A stretch of DNA of 64,000 nt from Pseudomonadales bacterium (GTDB lineage Bacteria > Pseudomonadota > Gammaproteobacteria > Pseudomonadales > JAHRWD01). The translations under genes and the position numbers were made by a program. Location: the NCBI GenBank assembly GCA_016763075.1, contig JAESUM010000089.1, positions 1,757 to 65,756 of the forward strand, given 5' to 3'. Under the pieces are notes generated by a model, which did not search any database, was not told the origin of the DNA, and saw only the letters and a list, made by a program, of their open reading frames with translations. Shown here piece after piece: positions 10,962 to 20,901 of this stretch (position 1 is its first letter; every line of letters starts with the position of its first letter).

Positions 10962-12371
10962 TTAGCACTCGCGTGCGCTCAAGTTGGTTTTTGCGGTCGC
11001 GGCGGCTTTGCGAACTTGGTTCGGTGCGGTACCACCAGCATGGTCACGGGCGTTTACTGAGCCCTCTAATGTTAGGAACGTGTAGATATCATCGCCGATA
11101 TATGACGATACTTGCTGCATTTCCGCCAAATCAAGGTCGCTTAAGTCGCAGTTTTTATCAATGGCGATACGCACAAGCTTGCCGACAATTTCGTGGGCTT
11201 CGCGAAACGGCACCTGAACGCGCACTAAATAGTCCGCCAAATCCGTTGCGGTAGCAAAGCCTTGGCTCGCGGCTTCATACAACCGTGGACGGTTGGGTAT
11301 TATGCTGGGGATCATATCGGCGTATGCCCGCAGGCTATCGCGAACAGTATCGACCGTATCAAACAGTGGCTCTTTGTCTTCTTGGTTGTCTTTGTTGTAT
11401 GCCAACGGCTGGCCTTTCATCAGCGTTAGCAGAGAAACCAAATGACCGTTAACTCGGCCTGTTTTGCCGCGAATCAGCTCGGGGACATCGGGGTTTTTCT
11501 TTTGCGGCATGATGGATGAGCCCGTACAAAACCGGTCTGGCAGCTCAATAAAGTTAAATTGCGCCGAAGTCCAGAGCACCAACTCTTCAGAAAAACGTGA
11601 AAGGTGAGTCATGATCAATGCCGAAACACTGACAAACTCGATTGCGAAATCTCGGTCACTGACCGCATCCAGCGAGTTATCGCAGATTCGGTCAAAACCC
11701 AACAGTTCAGCGGTGTATTCTCGGTCGATGGGGTATGTTGTACCTGCCAATGCAGCCGCGCCCAAAGGCATCCGGTTAACCCTAGAAAGACAGTCGCAAA
11801 GCCGCTCGTAATCACGTTCGAGCATTTCATACCATGCCAACATATGGTGGCCAAAGGTAATGGGCTGCGCCACTTGAAGGTGGGTAAAGCCCGGCATAAT
11901 GGTGTCTGCCTCGCGCTCTGCCAGCTCAACCAAACCTTTTTGTAAGCGCGTTAATTGGCCAATCACCTCGGCAATTTCATCGCGCAGGTACAGCCTAATA
12001 TCGGTGGCTACTTGGTCGTTTCTCGAACGTGCGGTATGCAGCTTTTTGCCTGCATCACCAATCAAATCGGTAAGCGCGGCTTCAATATTCATGTGCACAT
12101 CTTCAAGCGAAGTAGACCACTCAAAGTGGCCCTCGCTGATGCGCGATTCTATCTGCTTAAGCCCATGCTCTATTTGATTTTGCTCTTCAGCGCTTAATAC
12201 GCCTATTTGTTGAAGCATCATCGAATGGGCTATAGAGCCTTGAATATCGTAATGATATAGCCGTTGATCAAAATCTACCGACGCGGTGAATCGCTCTACA
12301 AACCGATCTGTCGGCTCATCAAAACGACCACCCCATAGTTTCTTTTCTGATCTCTCTTCGCTCATGTGCAA
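10962..12371 (-). CDS. argH: argininosuccinate lyase
   Basis: 469-aa ORF with the fumarate-lyase signature [15 protein letters not shown] and LWGGRF near the N-terminus. Start could be the second ATG (12365). Confidence 0.95.
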   Translation of the reverse strand: MHMSEERSEKKLWGGRFDEPTDRFVERFTASVDFDQRLYHYDIQGSIAHSMMLQQIGVLSAEEQNQIEHGLKQIESRISEGHFEWSTSLEDVHMNIEAALTDLIGDAGKKLHTARSRNDQVATDIRLYLRDEIAEVIGQLTRLQKGLVELAEREADTIMPGFTHLQVAQPITFGHHMLAWYEMLERDYERLCDCLSRVNRMPLGAAALAGTTYPIDREYTAELLGFDRICDNSLDAVSDRDFAIEFVSVSALIMTHLSRFSEELVLWTSAQFNFIELPDRFCTGSSIMPQKKNPDVPELIRGKTGRVNGHLVSLLTLMKGQPLAYNKDNQEDKEPLFDTVDTVRDSLRAYADMIPSIIPNRPRLYEAASQGFATATDLADYLVRVQVPFREAHEIVGKLVRIAIDKNCDLSDLDLAEMQQVSSYIGDDIYTFLTLEGSVNARDHAGGTAPNQVRKAAATAKTNLSAREC

Positions 12372-12501
12372 ATTCCAATATTTAGTCTATTCAGGTCTAA
12401 CAACCATTTGGGTTCGGCATTTTACTCTTTTGCGGCGGTCGGGAATACCGCTACAATGATTCATCGTTATAGATCCACTTCGAGACCTTAAAATCCGTCC
12501 T

Positions 12502-13551
12502 ATGAAACCAGGCCCAACTCCGCACAATTACGTCATTCCTGACCTCGGTCGGATCGAAGCCGTCGCAACCTTAGTGTTTCTTTCACTGCTGACGGTATTT
12601 GTATTGGTGATCTATAAAAGCGGCTATACGCATTTCAACTGGCCATTGATGGCCCTCGCCAGCCTTTTTGTCACTTGGGTGGTGCTGTGTTGCGCAGCAG
12701 CCCTGCAATTACTGCGACGCTGGATGCTAACGCTGCCTCAAAATTGGGTGATTAGGCTCAGCTATTTCACCATGATGCTCATCCTATTGAGCATCAGCGG
12801 CATCAGCGATTGGCTGATCCAACACTGGTCTATTGATCCCTACCAACCTAGCTGGAGCTGGGCCATTGAAAACCAAATCATTGGAGCCGTCATTGCTGCA
12901 GCGGTCATGCGTTATTTTGTACTGCAAAACGAGCTGCATAGAAGGAAACACGCAGAACTCAACGCCCGCATCGATGCGCTGCAATCAAGAATTCGCCCCC
13001 ATTTTCTGTTTAATAGTATGAATACCATCGCCAGCCTTATTCCAGATGACCCCAAACTGGCCGAGCAAGTGGTGGAAGATATGTCCGAGCTATTTCGCGC
13101 CAACCTAATGGAGTCACGGCAGTTGGTTTCGCTCAACGAAGAGTTTGAGCTATGCAGACGTTACCTTGATATCGAAACCATTCGCCTTGGCACGCGTTTA
13201 ACCGTTCAATGGCAGCTGGGGTTAATTCCAGATAACGCTAAAATTCCGCTGCTAACGTTACAGCCATTATTTGAAAATGCCGTCTATCACGGCATTCAAC
13301 CGCTTGTTGAAGGCGGCACAGTGCAAATTCAGCTGCATCACAAAAAGCCTTTTATCGATATCGTCATCAAAAACCCACTACCCGGTGACCAAACCCCAGG
13401 CCTGCTGAAAGCTCACAGCACCGGACACCACATGGCGCTGGATAATATTCGCAACCGCCTCGACGCGGTGTTTGGCAACAACGCTTTCATGACCAACGGG
13501 CTAGAAAAACAGCTCTACGTGGTGCGCTTACAAATTCCGGATGGCAGCTAA
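12502..13551 (+). CDS. algZ: LytS/AlgZ(FimS)-type sensor histidine kinase
   Basis: 349-aa ORF. It has N-terminal TM helices, an H-box RIRPHFLFNSMNTIASLI typical of the LytS-type His_kinase family, and an N-box LQPLFENAVYHGI. The argH/algZ-algR-hemC synteny is as in Pseudomonas. Confidence 0.8.
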   Translation: MKPGPTPHNYVIPDLGRIEAVATLVFLSLLTVFVLVIYKSGYTHFNWPLMALASLFVTWVVLCCAAALQLLRRWMLTLPQNWVIRLSYFTMMLILLSISGISDWLIQHWSIDPYQPSWSWAIENQIIGAVIAAAVMRYFVLQNELHRRKHAELNARIDALQSRIRPHFLFNSMNTIASLIPDDPKLAEQVVEDMSELFRANLMESRQLVSLNEEFELCRRYLDIETIRLGTRLTVQWQLGLIPDNAKIPLLTLQPLFENAVYHGIQPLVEGGTVQIQLHHKKPFIDIVIKNPLPGDQTPGLLKAHSTGHHMALDNIRNRLDAVFGNNAFMTNGLEKQLYVVRLQIPDGS

Positions 13552-13554
13552 GCC

Positions 13555-14319
13555 ATGTTTACCGAATTCAAAACCGTATTAATCGCCGAGGACGAGCCAC
13601 TGGCTCTAAACCGCATTCAACGCATGGTTGATGAGCTGCCAGGCTACCAAGTTATTGGCACCGCTCTTAACGGTATTGAAGCCCTAAAGGCCGCCAAAGC
13701 GTTACAGCCAGATATTTTGCTAACCGATATTTCTATGCCCGGTATCAGCGGGTTAGAGCTAGCCCGGCAACTGGCCGAAGAACCACTGCCCCCAGCACTG
13801 ATTTTTTGCACAGCCTATGATCAGTACGCGTTGGAGGCTTTTGATGTGCATGCATCAGGCTATTTGCTCAAACCCATTCGCCGCGAAAACCTACAGGCCG
13901 CCCTCGATAAAGCTCAAAAAAGTAACCGCGTGCAGGTTTCAAACCGCCAGTCACAAAAGCGCCGCAAAACCGACTTGGCGCGGCGCAGCCACATTGCCGC
14001 CAAACAACGAATAGGCACCATACAGATACCCGTTGAATCTATTTATTGCTTAACCGCAGACCAAAAATATATTCGTATTCATCACCGCGACGGTATCGAC
14101 TTAATCGATGAGACCCTCAAAAATATCGAACACGAATTTGGCGATATTTTTATCCGCATTCACCGCAACGCACTGGTCGCAATGGATGCATTGGGCCACC
14201 TCGAAGCCAAAGATGGCACCACGTATCTCTATCTCAAAAGCCATCTGGCCATTCAAGAGCCATTGGCCGTTAGCCGCCGGCACCTTTCGGTGCTTAAAAA
14301 ATGGTTACACAAAAGCTAA
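13555..14319 (+). CDS. algR: LytTR-family response regulator
   Basis: 254-aa ORF with a receiver domain (VLIAEDEPLA...DILLTDISMPGISGLELA) plus a C-terminal LytTR DNA-binding domain (IPVESIYCLTADQKYIRIHH). Confidence 0.85.
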   Translation: MFTEFKTVLIAEDEPLALNRIQRMVDELPGYQVIGTALNGIEALKAAKALQPDILLTDISMPGISGLELARQLAEEPLPPALIFCTAYDQYALEAFDVHASGYLLKPIRRENLQAALDKAQKSNRVQVSNRQSQKRRKTDLARRSHIAAKQRIGTIQIPVESIYCLTADQKYIRIHHRDGIDLIDETLKNIEHEFGDIFIRIHRNALVAMDALGHLEAKDGTTYLYLKSHLAIQEPLAVSRRHLSVLKKWLHKS

Positions 14320-14426
14320 TTGTGCACTTTGCGCAAAACAGTCCATCATTCAATAGCGAAGGTGCGAACCACACACCCTTCACGTATCATCAGCCTCTGA
14401 TTATCGGCCCCAACTGAGCACTATTT

Positions 14427-15353
14427 ATGTCTAAGACCATCCGCATTGCTACGCGCAAAAGCCCCCTTGCCCTTTGGCAGGCTGAATACGTCAAAGCGGA
14501 GCTGCAAAAAAATCACCCAGGCCTGCAAGTAGAACTGCTGGCCATGAGCACCAAAGGCGACAAAATACTCGACTCGCCATTGGCTAAAATAGGTGGCAAA
14601 GGACTGTTTGTTAAAGAACTTGAAGTGGCGATTTTAGAAGGCCGAGCCGACATCGCCGTGCATTCAATGAAAGATGTCCCGCATGATTTCCCCGAAGGGC
14701 TTGGCCTTGTAACCATTTGCGAGCGTGAAGAACCCCGGGATGCCTTTGTTTCAAATCAATTTAAAAACCTCGACGAGCTGCCAAAAGGTGCAAAAGTAGG
14801 CACCTCTAGCTTACGCCGGCAGTGCCAATTGATGGCATTAAGGCCAGACCTCAACGTGCTGCAATTGCGCGGCAACGTAAATACCCGCCTTAAAAAGCTC
14901 GATGAAGGCCAATACGACGCCATTATTCTTGCCGCCGCTGGCTTATTACGGCTCGAAATGCCCGGCCGCATTGCATCACTTATGTCTGTCGAGCAATCAC
15001 TGCCCGCCGCCGGCCAAGGTGCTGTCGGTATTGAATGCCGGCTCGATGACCAAGCCACACGAGATATTCTTGCGCCATTACACCACCAGCCAACCGCCCT
15101 CCGCGTTACCGCCGAACGCGCGGTAAACCAGCGCCTAAACGGTGGCTGCCAAGTGCCTATTGGCGCTTACGCCCAGCTAATTGATGGCAAATTACAGCTC
15201 AATGGCCTTGTCGGCGCCCCCGATGGCAGCCAAATCTACCGCAGTGAATCCTGTGGTGAAACAGACCAAGCATTAGCGCTGGGGCACAACCTCGCGGATC
15301 AACTGTTAAGCCAAGGCGCCGGCGAAATTTTGGCCGAACTGTTAAAGGATTGA
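14427..15353 (+). CDS. hemC: hydroxymethylbilane synthase (porphobilinogen deaminase)
   Basis: 308-aa ORF starting [18 protein letters not shown], with [25 protein letters not shown]. Classic HemC. Confidence 0.95.
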   Translation: MSKTIRIATRKSPLALWQAEYVKAELQKNHPGLQVELLAMSTKGDKILDSPLAKIGGKGLFVKELEVAILEGRADIAVHSMKDVPHDFPEGLGLVTICEREEPRDAFVSNQFKNLDELPKGAKVGTSSLRRQCQLMALRPDLNVLQLRGNVNTRLKKLDEGQYDAIILAAAGLLRLEMPGRIASLMSVEQSLPAAGQGAVGIECRLDDQATRDILAPLHHQPTALRVTAERAVNQRLNGGCQVPIGAYAQLIDGKLQLNGLVGAPDGSQIYRSESCGETDQALALGHNLADQLLSQGAGEILAELLKD

Positions 15354-16174
15354 TGACTACCGCGGCACCAAAAACGCCCAATGCCAAGCATCCACTAAAT
15401 GGTTTACGGGTGCTGGTTACGCGGCCCACTAACCAAGCAGGCGGCTTGATTCAAGCGCTCACACAAGTGGGCGCGCAGGTCATTCACTACCCAGTATTAG
15501 AAATAAAACCCTGCGAGCCAACCTCGGCTCAACAACAAACATTGTCGCAACTTAGCCAGTACCAAGCACTGATTTTCATCAGTACCAATGCGGTTCGGTT
15601 TTTGGCCCAATCGATGGCCCAACTTGGGTTAACGCTACCCGGTTCCGTTCAATGTATTGCCATTGGTAAAGCCACTGCAGATGCACTTAAAGCACTTGGG
15701 AATAGCGCTATATTTCCAGCCAATGCGGCGGATAGCGAATCATTGCTTGAGCTTGAAGCCCTTCAAAGCGCCCACATTAGCGCTAAAAAAATACTCATTG
15801 TGCGAGGCGAAGGTGGCCGCGAAACCTTAAAAACCAGCCTTGTTCAACGCGGCGCCAACGTACAATACCTAGAGCTTTATCGGCGCGTTACGCCTCAATT
15901 TAGCCCGCAAAACCCCAACCCGCTGCCGGCTTTATTGGCCCAACAAAAGGTCGATTTTCTTAGCGTTACCAGCGGCCAATCACTAGAATATTTAACCAAA
16001 CTAAGCGGCACTCAAAGCACTGCATTAAAGGCTTTGCCGCTAGTGGTTCCCTCTGCTCGAGTAGCCGATATCGCCAAAAGAAGCGGCTTTAAAAAGCTGC
16101 TACAATCGCGCGGAGCAAGGGATTCAGAGATCGTCGAGCGCTTGATTGAATGGAAAAGCGACCTCCCAATATAA
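15350..16174 (+). CDS. hemD: uroporphyrinogen-III synthase
   Basis: 274-aa ORF overlapping the hemC stop by 4 nt. It has an LRVLVTRP start motif and is in the expected position in hemCDXY. Confidence 0.85.
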   Translation: MMTTAAPKTPNAKHPLNGLRVLVTRPTNQAGGLIQALTQVGAQVIHYPVLEIKPCEPTSAQQQTLSQLSQYQALIFISTNAVRFLAQSMAQLGLTLPGSVQCIAIGKATADALKALGNSAIFPANAADSESLLELEALQSAHISAKKILIVRGEGGRETLKTSLVQRGANVQYLELYRRVTPQFSPQNPNPLPALLAQQKVDFLSVTSGQSLEYLTKLSGTQSTALKALPLVVPSARVADIAKRSGFKKLLQSRGARDSEIVERLIEWKSDLPI

Positions 16175-16216
16175 AGGGAACGTCACCGCTATTCCTCATC
16201 GCTTGATATAAACAGT

Positions 16217-17806
16217 TTGCAAGTAACGGATGAACACATCGTGAGCGACCAGCAGGGCCAACAGCCACCTCAAAACCCCAATGACACCTCAACTAAGGGC
16301 AGCTCCGACGCAGCCATACCGGTATTAAAAGACCCTGCCGCACAAGCCGCACCAACACCGCCTGCAACTTCGACTAAGCCAAAAAAACAACACAAAGAAC
16401 CGCAAAAAAACCAGCCTAAAGCTCCACAAAAGAATCCACCCAATAACAACGCCAAGACCACAGCCGGTGCCCCGGCACCCAGCGCGTCACCAACTACAGG
16501 TACCAGCCAAAACGTGACCTCAAAAACACCACAAAAAAACCCAGCTAACAAGCCCGCAGTTAAAAGCAACCAACAGAATAAAGCACAGAACAAACAACCA
16601 AGCTCTATACCTCTGTTAACCGGCATTGCCGCACTTATTATCGCAATAGCTGGCGCTGCTACCGGCGCTTACAATTGGAACCAACAGCAGCAATCTAACC
16701 TGCGTAATCAGGCTCGTATCGCCGAGTTAAACAACCAGCTGCGCGCCCAACAACTGAGCCTGGCTTCACTTGGCAATGTCCAAACCACGGTTGTGCAACT
16801 TGGTACCGTTATCACCGGGCTAAATTCAAGGCAGGGTCAACTCAGCTTACAAGTTGGGCAATTGGGTGCTGATCTTGGTCAACTTGGCGTACAAAGCGGC
16901 CGGGTAGATCAGCTCGAAACCAACTTGAATACTTTCACCGGTAAACTTGAAACCACCCTTGCGCAAATAGCGGGCCGAGTGAACGAAATTTCAACCAGCT
17001 CCCGCACCGACTGGCAAATCGCTGAAGTCGAATATTTTCTGCGCATAGCCACTGACAGCTTGATGCTGGAGGGCAATACAAAAACAGCCCAGTCGCTGTT
17101 AGAAGCGGCGGACCGTTTGGTGCAAGAGATCGACGATGTTGGCCTGATCCAATTAAGGCAATCCATCGCAGATGATTTAGTCGCCATAAAGGCGATTCGC
17201 GTGCCTGATTATCAGGGCATGGCATTTACCCTAAACGCGCTGTCCAAACAGGTTAGTAATTTACGTATGCCACTGCAGCTTACCCGCACTCAAACCAGTA
17301 GCGCTGCATCCGCTAACCGCGATGCTGCGCCTATTCAACAGGTAAATGACCAGCCAAATAAACAAGCCAACCCCAGCTGGATGCAACGCTTTGAAACCAA
17401 ACTGGCTTCATTGGCCCAGCAGTTAAAAGGCCTGGTGACCATTCGCCGCATTAACCAGCCGGTGGAGCCACTTATGCCACCGGAGCAGCAAATCTATTTG
17501 GCGCAAAACCTGCACCTTTTGTTAGAACAAGCACAGTTAGCACTACTACGTAAAAACCAGGCGCTGTACCAGCAAAGCATGGATAAAGCCCTCAACTGGG
17601 TACAAAGCTATTACAACCCGGAAGACGCGGCGAGCATCTCCTTTACGCAACACCTTACCGAGCTAAAAGCCATCCCAATCAGCTTTGAGCTACCCGATAT
17701 TTCTGGCTCGTTACGCACCTTTAAACAGTTCCAACAACAACGCGTACAGCTTGAACATCAAACTGCCCAAACACAGCCAGCCAAATTGGAGGTTAACCTC
17801 CGGTGA
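16217..17806 (+). CDS. hemX: HemX-family membrane protein with a long low-complexity N-terminal extension
   Basis: 529-aa ORF with a TTG start (uncertain). It has a single TM helix (IPLLTGIAALIIAIAGAATGAY) followed by a coiled-coil/HemX-like region. Position is after hemD. Confidence 0.8.
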   Translation: MQVTDEHIVSDQQGQQPPQNPNDTSTKGSSDAAIPVLKDPAAQAAPTPPATSTKPKKQHKEPQKNQPKAPQKNPPNNNAKTTAGAPAPSASPTTGTSQNVTSKTPQKNPANKPAVKSNQQNKAQNKQPSSIPLLTGIAALIIAIAGAATGAYNWNQQQQSNLRNQARIAELNNQLRAQQLSLASLGNVQTTVVQLGTVITGLNSRQGQLSLQVGQLGADLGQLGVQSGRVDQLETNLNTFTGKLETTLAQIAGRVNEISTSSRTDWQIAEVEYFLRIATDSLMLEGNTKTAQSLLEAADRLVQEIDDVGLIQLRQSIADDLVAIKAIRVPDYQGMAFTLNALSKQVSNLRMPLQLTRTQTSSAASANRDAAPIQQVNDQPNKQANPSWMQRFETKLASLAQQLKGLVTIRRINQPVEPLMPPEQQIYLAQNLHLLLEQAQLALLRKNQALYQQSMDKALNWVQSYYNPEDAASISFTQHLTELKAIPISFELPDISGSLRTFKQFQQQRVQLEHQTAQTQPAKLEVNLR

Positions 17807-19002
17807 GAAGATTTTTTATAGTTGGGTTGATCGTTATCGTCGCGCTGGTTTTGATGCTAGACCAAGCCATTAAAGACCCCGGTTACATACTCATTTCCGC
17901 CGGTGACTACCTAATAGAAACCAGCATTTGGTTTCCACTGGCCGCGGTCATTTCCGCGTTAGTGGCCGTTTGGGTGCTCATCAAGCTCATCGCGATTATG
18001 GGCAACTTAATAAGCCCGTTTACCCGCTGGGGTAGCGCCGCGCAGCTAAAGCGTAAAAAACGCAAAGTAAGCCAAGGCCAAATCGAGCTAGCGCTGGGCA
18101 ACTGGAACAACGCCCAAAAGTTACTCACCGCGTCTGCACAAACCGCCGAAGCACCGATGATGTTTTATTTAAGCGCAGCCCAAGCCGCTTATCAGTTAGG
18201 CTCTTTTGACGAAGGCAATGCCTTACTCGAGCAAGCCCAAAAGGATGTTCCTGAAGCCAGCGTTGCCATTGCTATTCGCCAAACCGAGCTACAACTCAAA
18301 CACCAGCAACTACCTGCTTGCCACGAAACACTACTAACACTTCAGCCCCGCCAGCCAAAAAACGCCCGCATTTTAGAGTTGATCACCCAATACTGTATGG
18401 CCGCCAAAGACTGGAACCTACTTGAAATTAATTTACCGAACTTGGCCAAACACGGCCTTCATAACGCCGAGCGCCAAAAAGAACTAGAACAAATAACCTA
18501 TACCCAATTGTTACGCCAAACCCTTGCAGAAAATAGAAACGAACTGGTTGTTGGATTAGAAAAAACCAACGTTATCTGGAAACGAAAACCAAAAACACTT
18601 GGCCAAGATGTTTCGTTATTTTTAGTTTATCTCAACTCACTTATCGAATTTGACCAGCCAACACTTGCAGAAAAATCCTGCGTAGACTTTCTAAAAAAAC
18701 AATGGGACGAGCGCGTTGTATTGGCCTACAGCAAACTTGAAGGCACCAACTCAACCAAACAATTCAAACATGCCCAGGGTTGGTTTAAACGCCACCAAGA
18801 CAATGCCGTAGTTTTATTAGCGCTAGGGCGCCTTGCACGACGAGCAGAACAGCCGAATAAAGCAGCGGAATATTTAAATGCCAGTGCTGCGATTACACCG
18901 AGTAAAGAGGTAAACGGTGAACTTGCATTGCTGTCTTTACAGCTTGGCGAACACCGAAAGGCTAACGAATATTTTGAGCGGATGGTCCCCAAATCACTCT
19001 GA
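17803..19002 (+). CDS. hemY: HemY-family protein (two N-terminal TM helices plus TPR-like repeats)
   Basis: 399-aa ORF overlapping hemX by 4 nt. Two N-terminal hydrophobic helices, a helical-repeat C-terminus, and hemCDXY synteny. Confidence 0.85.
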   Translation: MRRFFIVGLIVIVALVLMLDQAIKDPGYILISAGDYLIETSIWFPLAAVISALVAVWVLIKLIAIMGNLISPFTRWGSAAQLKRKKRKVSQGQIELALGNWNNAQKLLTASAQTAEAPMMFYLSAAQAAYQLGSFDEGNALLEQAQKDVPEASVAIAIRQTELQLKHQQLPACHETLLTLQPRQPKNARILELITQYCMAAKDWNLLEINLPNLAKHGLHNAERQKELEQITYTQLLRQTLAENRNELVVGLEKTNVIWKRKPKTLGQDVSLFLVYLNSLIEFDQPTLAEKSCVDFLKKQWDERVVLAYSKLEGTNSTKQFKHAQGWFKRHQDNAVVLLALGRLARRAEQPNKAAEYLNASAAITPSKEVNGELALLSLQLGEHRKANEYFERMVPKSL

Positions 19003-19028
19003 GCCGCCGCAGCTCTTTCTTATAACTA

Positions 19029-19391
19029 ATGTTTCACGCTGCTACTACAATAGACACCGACAAAGCTTTCTGGATTCCGCGCGAGATATTTGAGCATGCA
19101 TTCGATCAAGAAGATTTTTGCTTACGAGACATGCTACATGTGAAGCACCATTATTCAGAACATCGGTTCTATAAAACCCCTGCCAAGACATTTTTTTGAT
19201 TGCCGACGATACAGATCGTCAATAGTACAACTCAATTTATCAATGGAAGGCATAGAACGGCCGTTCTCTTTGCCGAAATCGATAAAGTTCCTATAGCCTT
19301 CACGGAAGGCCAAGCACAGCATCTTGCATCAACTCTAGAGCTTATCGCTCTTGTCCAAGATGAAGCATTTGAATTACCAAATTACTGGTAG
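19029..19391 (+). pseudogene. 120-codon reading frame interrupted by a single in-frame TGA (19197-19199); hypothetical protein or candidate pseudogene
   Basis: ATG at 19029 opens 56 codons ending ...TPAKTFF-TGA. The next codon, TTG at 19200, opens the 63-aa track ORF (LPTIQIVNSTTQFINGRHRTAVL...) in the SAME frame. I verified this codon by codon. No clear SD before either start. Confidence 0.3.
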
Positions 19392-19412
19392 CCGCTTACC
19401 CTGAATAAGCGG
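19392..19412 (+). terminator. hairpin after the interrupted ORF (weak terminator candidate)
   Basis: CCGCTTA-ccctgaa-TAAGCGG forms a 7-bp stem. Only a short ATTTTC run follows about 8 nt downstream. Confidence 0.3.
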
Positions 19413-19508
19413 GCGCACAAATTTTCGCTGGAGCCTCGGTGCTTGGCGTCAACCCAAAAGAGCACTTCTCATCCTCGAAAAACTACGGCAATGCCGTATG
19501 CTCGAGTC

Positions 19509-19826
19509 ATGATTGCGATTGTTGAATCGCCAATTTTCACTAAGTTATGGTCAGATTACTGGTCCGAGGATGAGTGCGGTGAAATTTCTGCATGGATTGC
19601 TGAAAACCCTGATGCAAGTGATATTGCCCCTGGTTCTGGTGGCATTCACAAAATCAGATGGCCGCGAAAAGGGCAAGGCAAACGCGGAGGTGTGCGAGTG
19701 ATCTACTTCACCGCACCCACTAACGGGTTACTTTGGCTGCTTACTATCTATGTAAAATCGAATAAAGAAAATATCCCTGCCCATATTCTGAAAGCGTTAA
19801 AAGAGGAGCTTATCGATGGCTATTAA
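19509..19826 (+). CDS. higB: HigB-2/RelE-like type II toxin
   Basis: The ORF aligns by eye with Vibrio HigB-2, as I recall that sequence (VESPIF...GSGGIHKIRWPRKGQGKRGGVRVIYF...LLWLLTIYVKSNKENI). The track ORF starts at TTG 19443 (GGAG 9 nt upstream). ATGs at 19491 and 19509 are alternatives, and 19509 matches the homologue's N-terminus best. Confidence 0.8.
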   Translation: MIAIVESPIFTKLWSDYWSEDECGEISAWIAENPDASDIAPGSGGIHKIRWPRKGQGKRGGVRVIYFTAPTNGLLWLLTIYVKSNKENIPAHILKALKEELIDGY

Positions 19827-20124
19827 TGAAAAAGACCTGGTTGAGCGTAATTCCAAACGTGATGTGTGGCAGGAAACACTGGATGCTGTGCGTGAAGTAA
19901 AAGCTGGCAATATGGGCCGTATTGAAACGGTAGAATTACTGCCCGTTGTTGAGGCCCGTCAAAAAGCAGGGTTATCTCAGTCCCGTTTTGCTGAGCTGCT
20001 AGGTGTTTCAGTTCGTACTCTCCAGGATTGGGAGCAAGGTCGTCGTAAACCAAGCCGTGCTGCCATGTCTCTCATTCAGATTGCCATGCAACGTCCTGAT
20101 GTATTGCATGAGGTCTTCGGGTGA
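19816..20124 (+). CDS. higA: HigA-2-like antitoxin (XRE-type HTH)
   Basis: 102-aa ORF overlapping the toxin stop by 11 nt, with SD AGAGGAG upstream. C-terminal HTH: GLSQSRFAELLGVSVRTLQDWEQGRRKPSRAA. Confidence 0.8.
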   Translation: MAINEKDLVERNSKRDVWQETLDAVREVKAGNMGRIETVELLPVVEARQKAGLSQSRFAELLGVSVRTLQDWEQGRRKPSRAAMSLIQIAMQRPDVLHEVFG

Positions 20125-20194
20125 ATTTTTCCTGTTTATTCAAATATTAGAGTCACCAATACTTACCGTACACCGAAATACAGCGCCAAAATAT

Positions 20195-20797
20195 ATGAGC
20201 AACGACTTCTTCAAGGATAAAGCCGATAGCTACGAACAAGTAACCCACCGAGTCGCCAATGTAGAAAATATTGCACGCGCCGTACTCGGTAGCGCCAATC
20301 TTAAATCCGGCATGAACATTATGGATTTTGGGTCAGGAACCGGTTTACTGCTTGAACAAATAGCGCCTGCGGTCACTAGTATTACAGCGGTTGATATCTC
20401 CCAATCAATGAATGCGCAGCTCGAAAAAAAACGAGCCGACATAAAATGTGAACTTGAAATCATCGAAATGGATTTGACCCAATCTAGCCTGGATAGAAAG
20501 TTCGACGGAATCATCTCGTCGATGACCATGCATCATGTTGATGATATTGCGGCGATGTTTGAAAAGTTTCACTCCATGCTTGATACCGGTGGCTTCATTG
20601 CGATTGCGGATCTGGTCACTGAAGACGGGGGCTTTCATACCGAAGATACTGGAGTGTTCCACTTTGGTTTTGACCCGGATGAATTTTTAGCGCTAGCCTC
20701 CGACGCTGGTTTTAATAATGTAGAACTTTCTGTAGTCAGCACTGTGCACAAACCTCTGGCCGATTACCCTGTATTTTTGCTCTCAGCCACTGCGTGA
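20195..20797 (+). CDS. class I SAM-dependent methyltransferase
   Basis: Motif I IMDFGSGTGLL, with post-I and motif II spacing typical of Methyltransf_11/25. I start it at ATG 20195 (MSNDFFKDKA). The longer track ORF (20003) runs through higA in another frame. Confidence 0.75.
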   Translation: MSNDFFKDKADSYEQVTHRVANVENIARAVLGSANLKSGMNIMDFGSGTGLLLEQIAPAVTSITAVDISQSMNAQLEKKRADIKCELEIIEMDLTQSSLDRKFDGIISSMTMHHVDDIAAMFEKFHSMLDTGGFIAIADLVTEDGGFHTEDTGVFHFGFDPDEFLALASDAGFNNVELSVVSTVHKPLADYPVFLLSATA

Positions 20798-20901
20798 AGT
20801 CTGCCGGTTAATCCATAGTTCCCCCCACGCCCACTCAAACTGTACTGTTATCAAATCAGACAAGCGGCGAGATTCAGCGCCATCTTTGGTAGAATTGAAC
20901 G

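Noticed and set aside
20003-20194. N-terminal 64 codons of the 264-aa track ORF, which would make a long methyltransferase
   Set aside because: This part overlaps higA in another frame and has no methyltransferase-like sequence. The MTase fold begins after ATG 20195.
20840-20859. Possible LexA/SOS box upstream of uvrD (CTGTACTGTTATCAAATCAG)
   Set aside because: The spacing is wrong. The CTG...CAG pairs are separated by 9 or 14 nt, not the 10 nt of CTGT-N8-ACAG.
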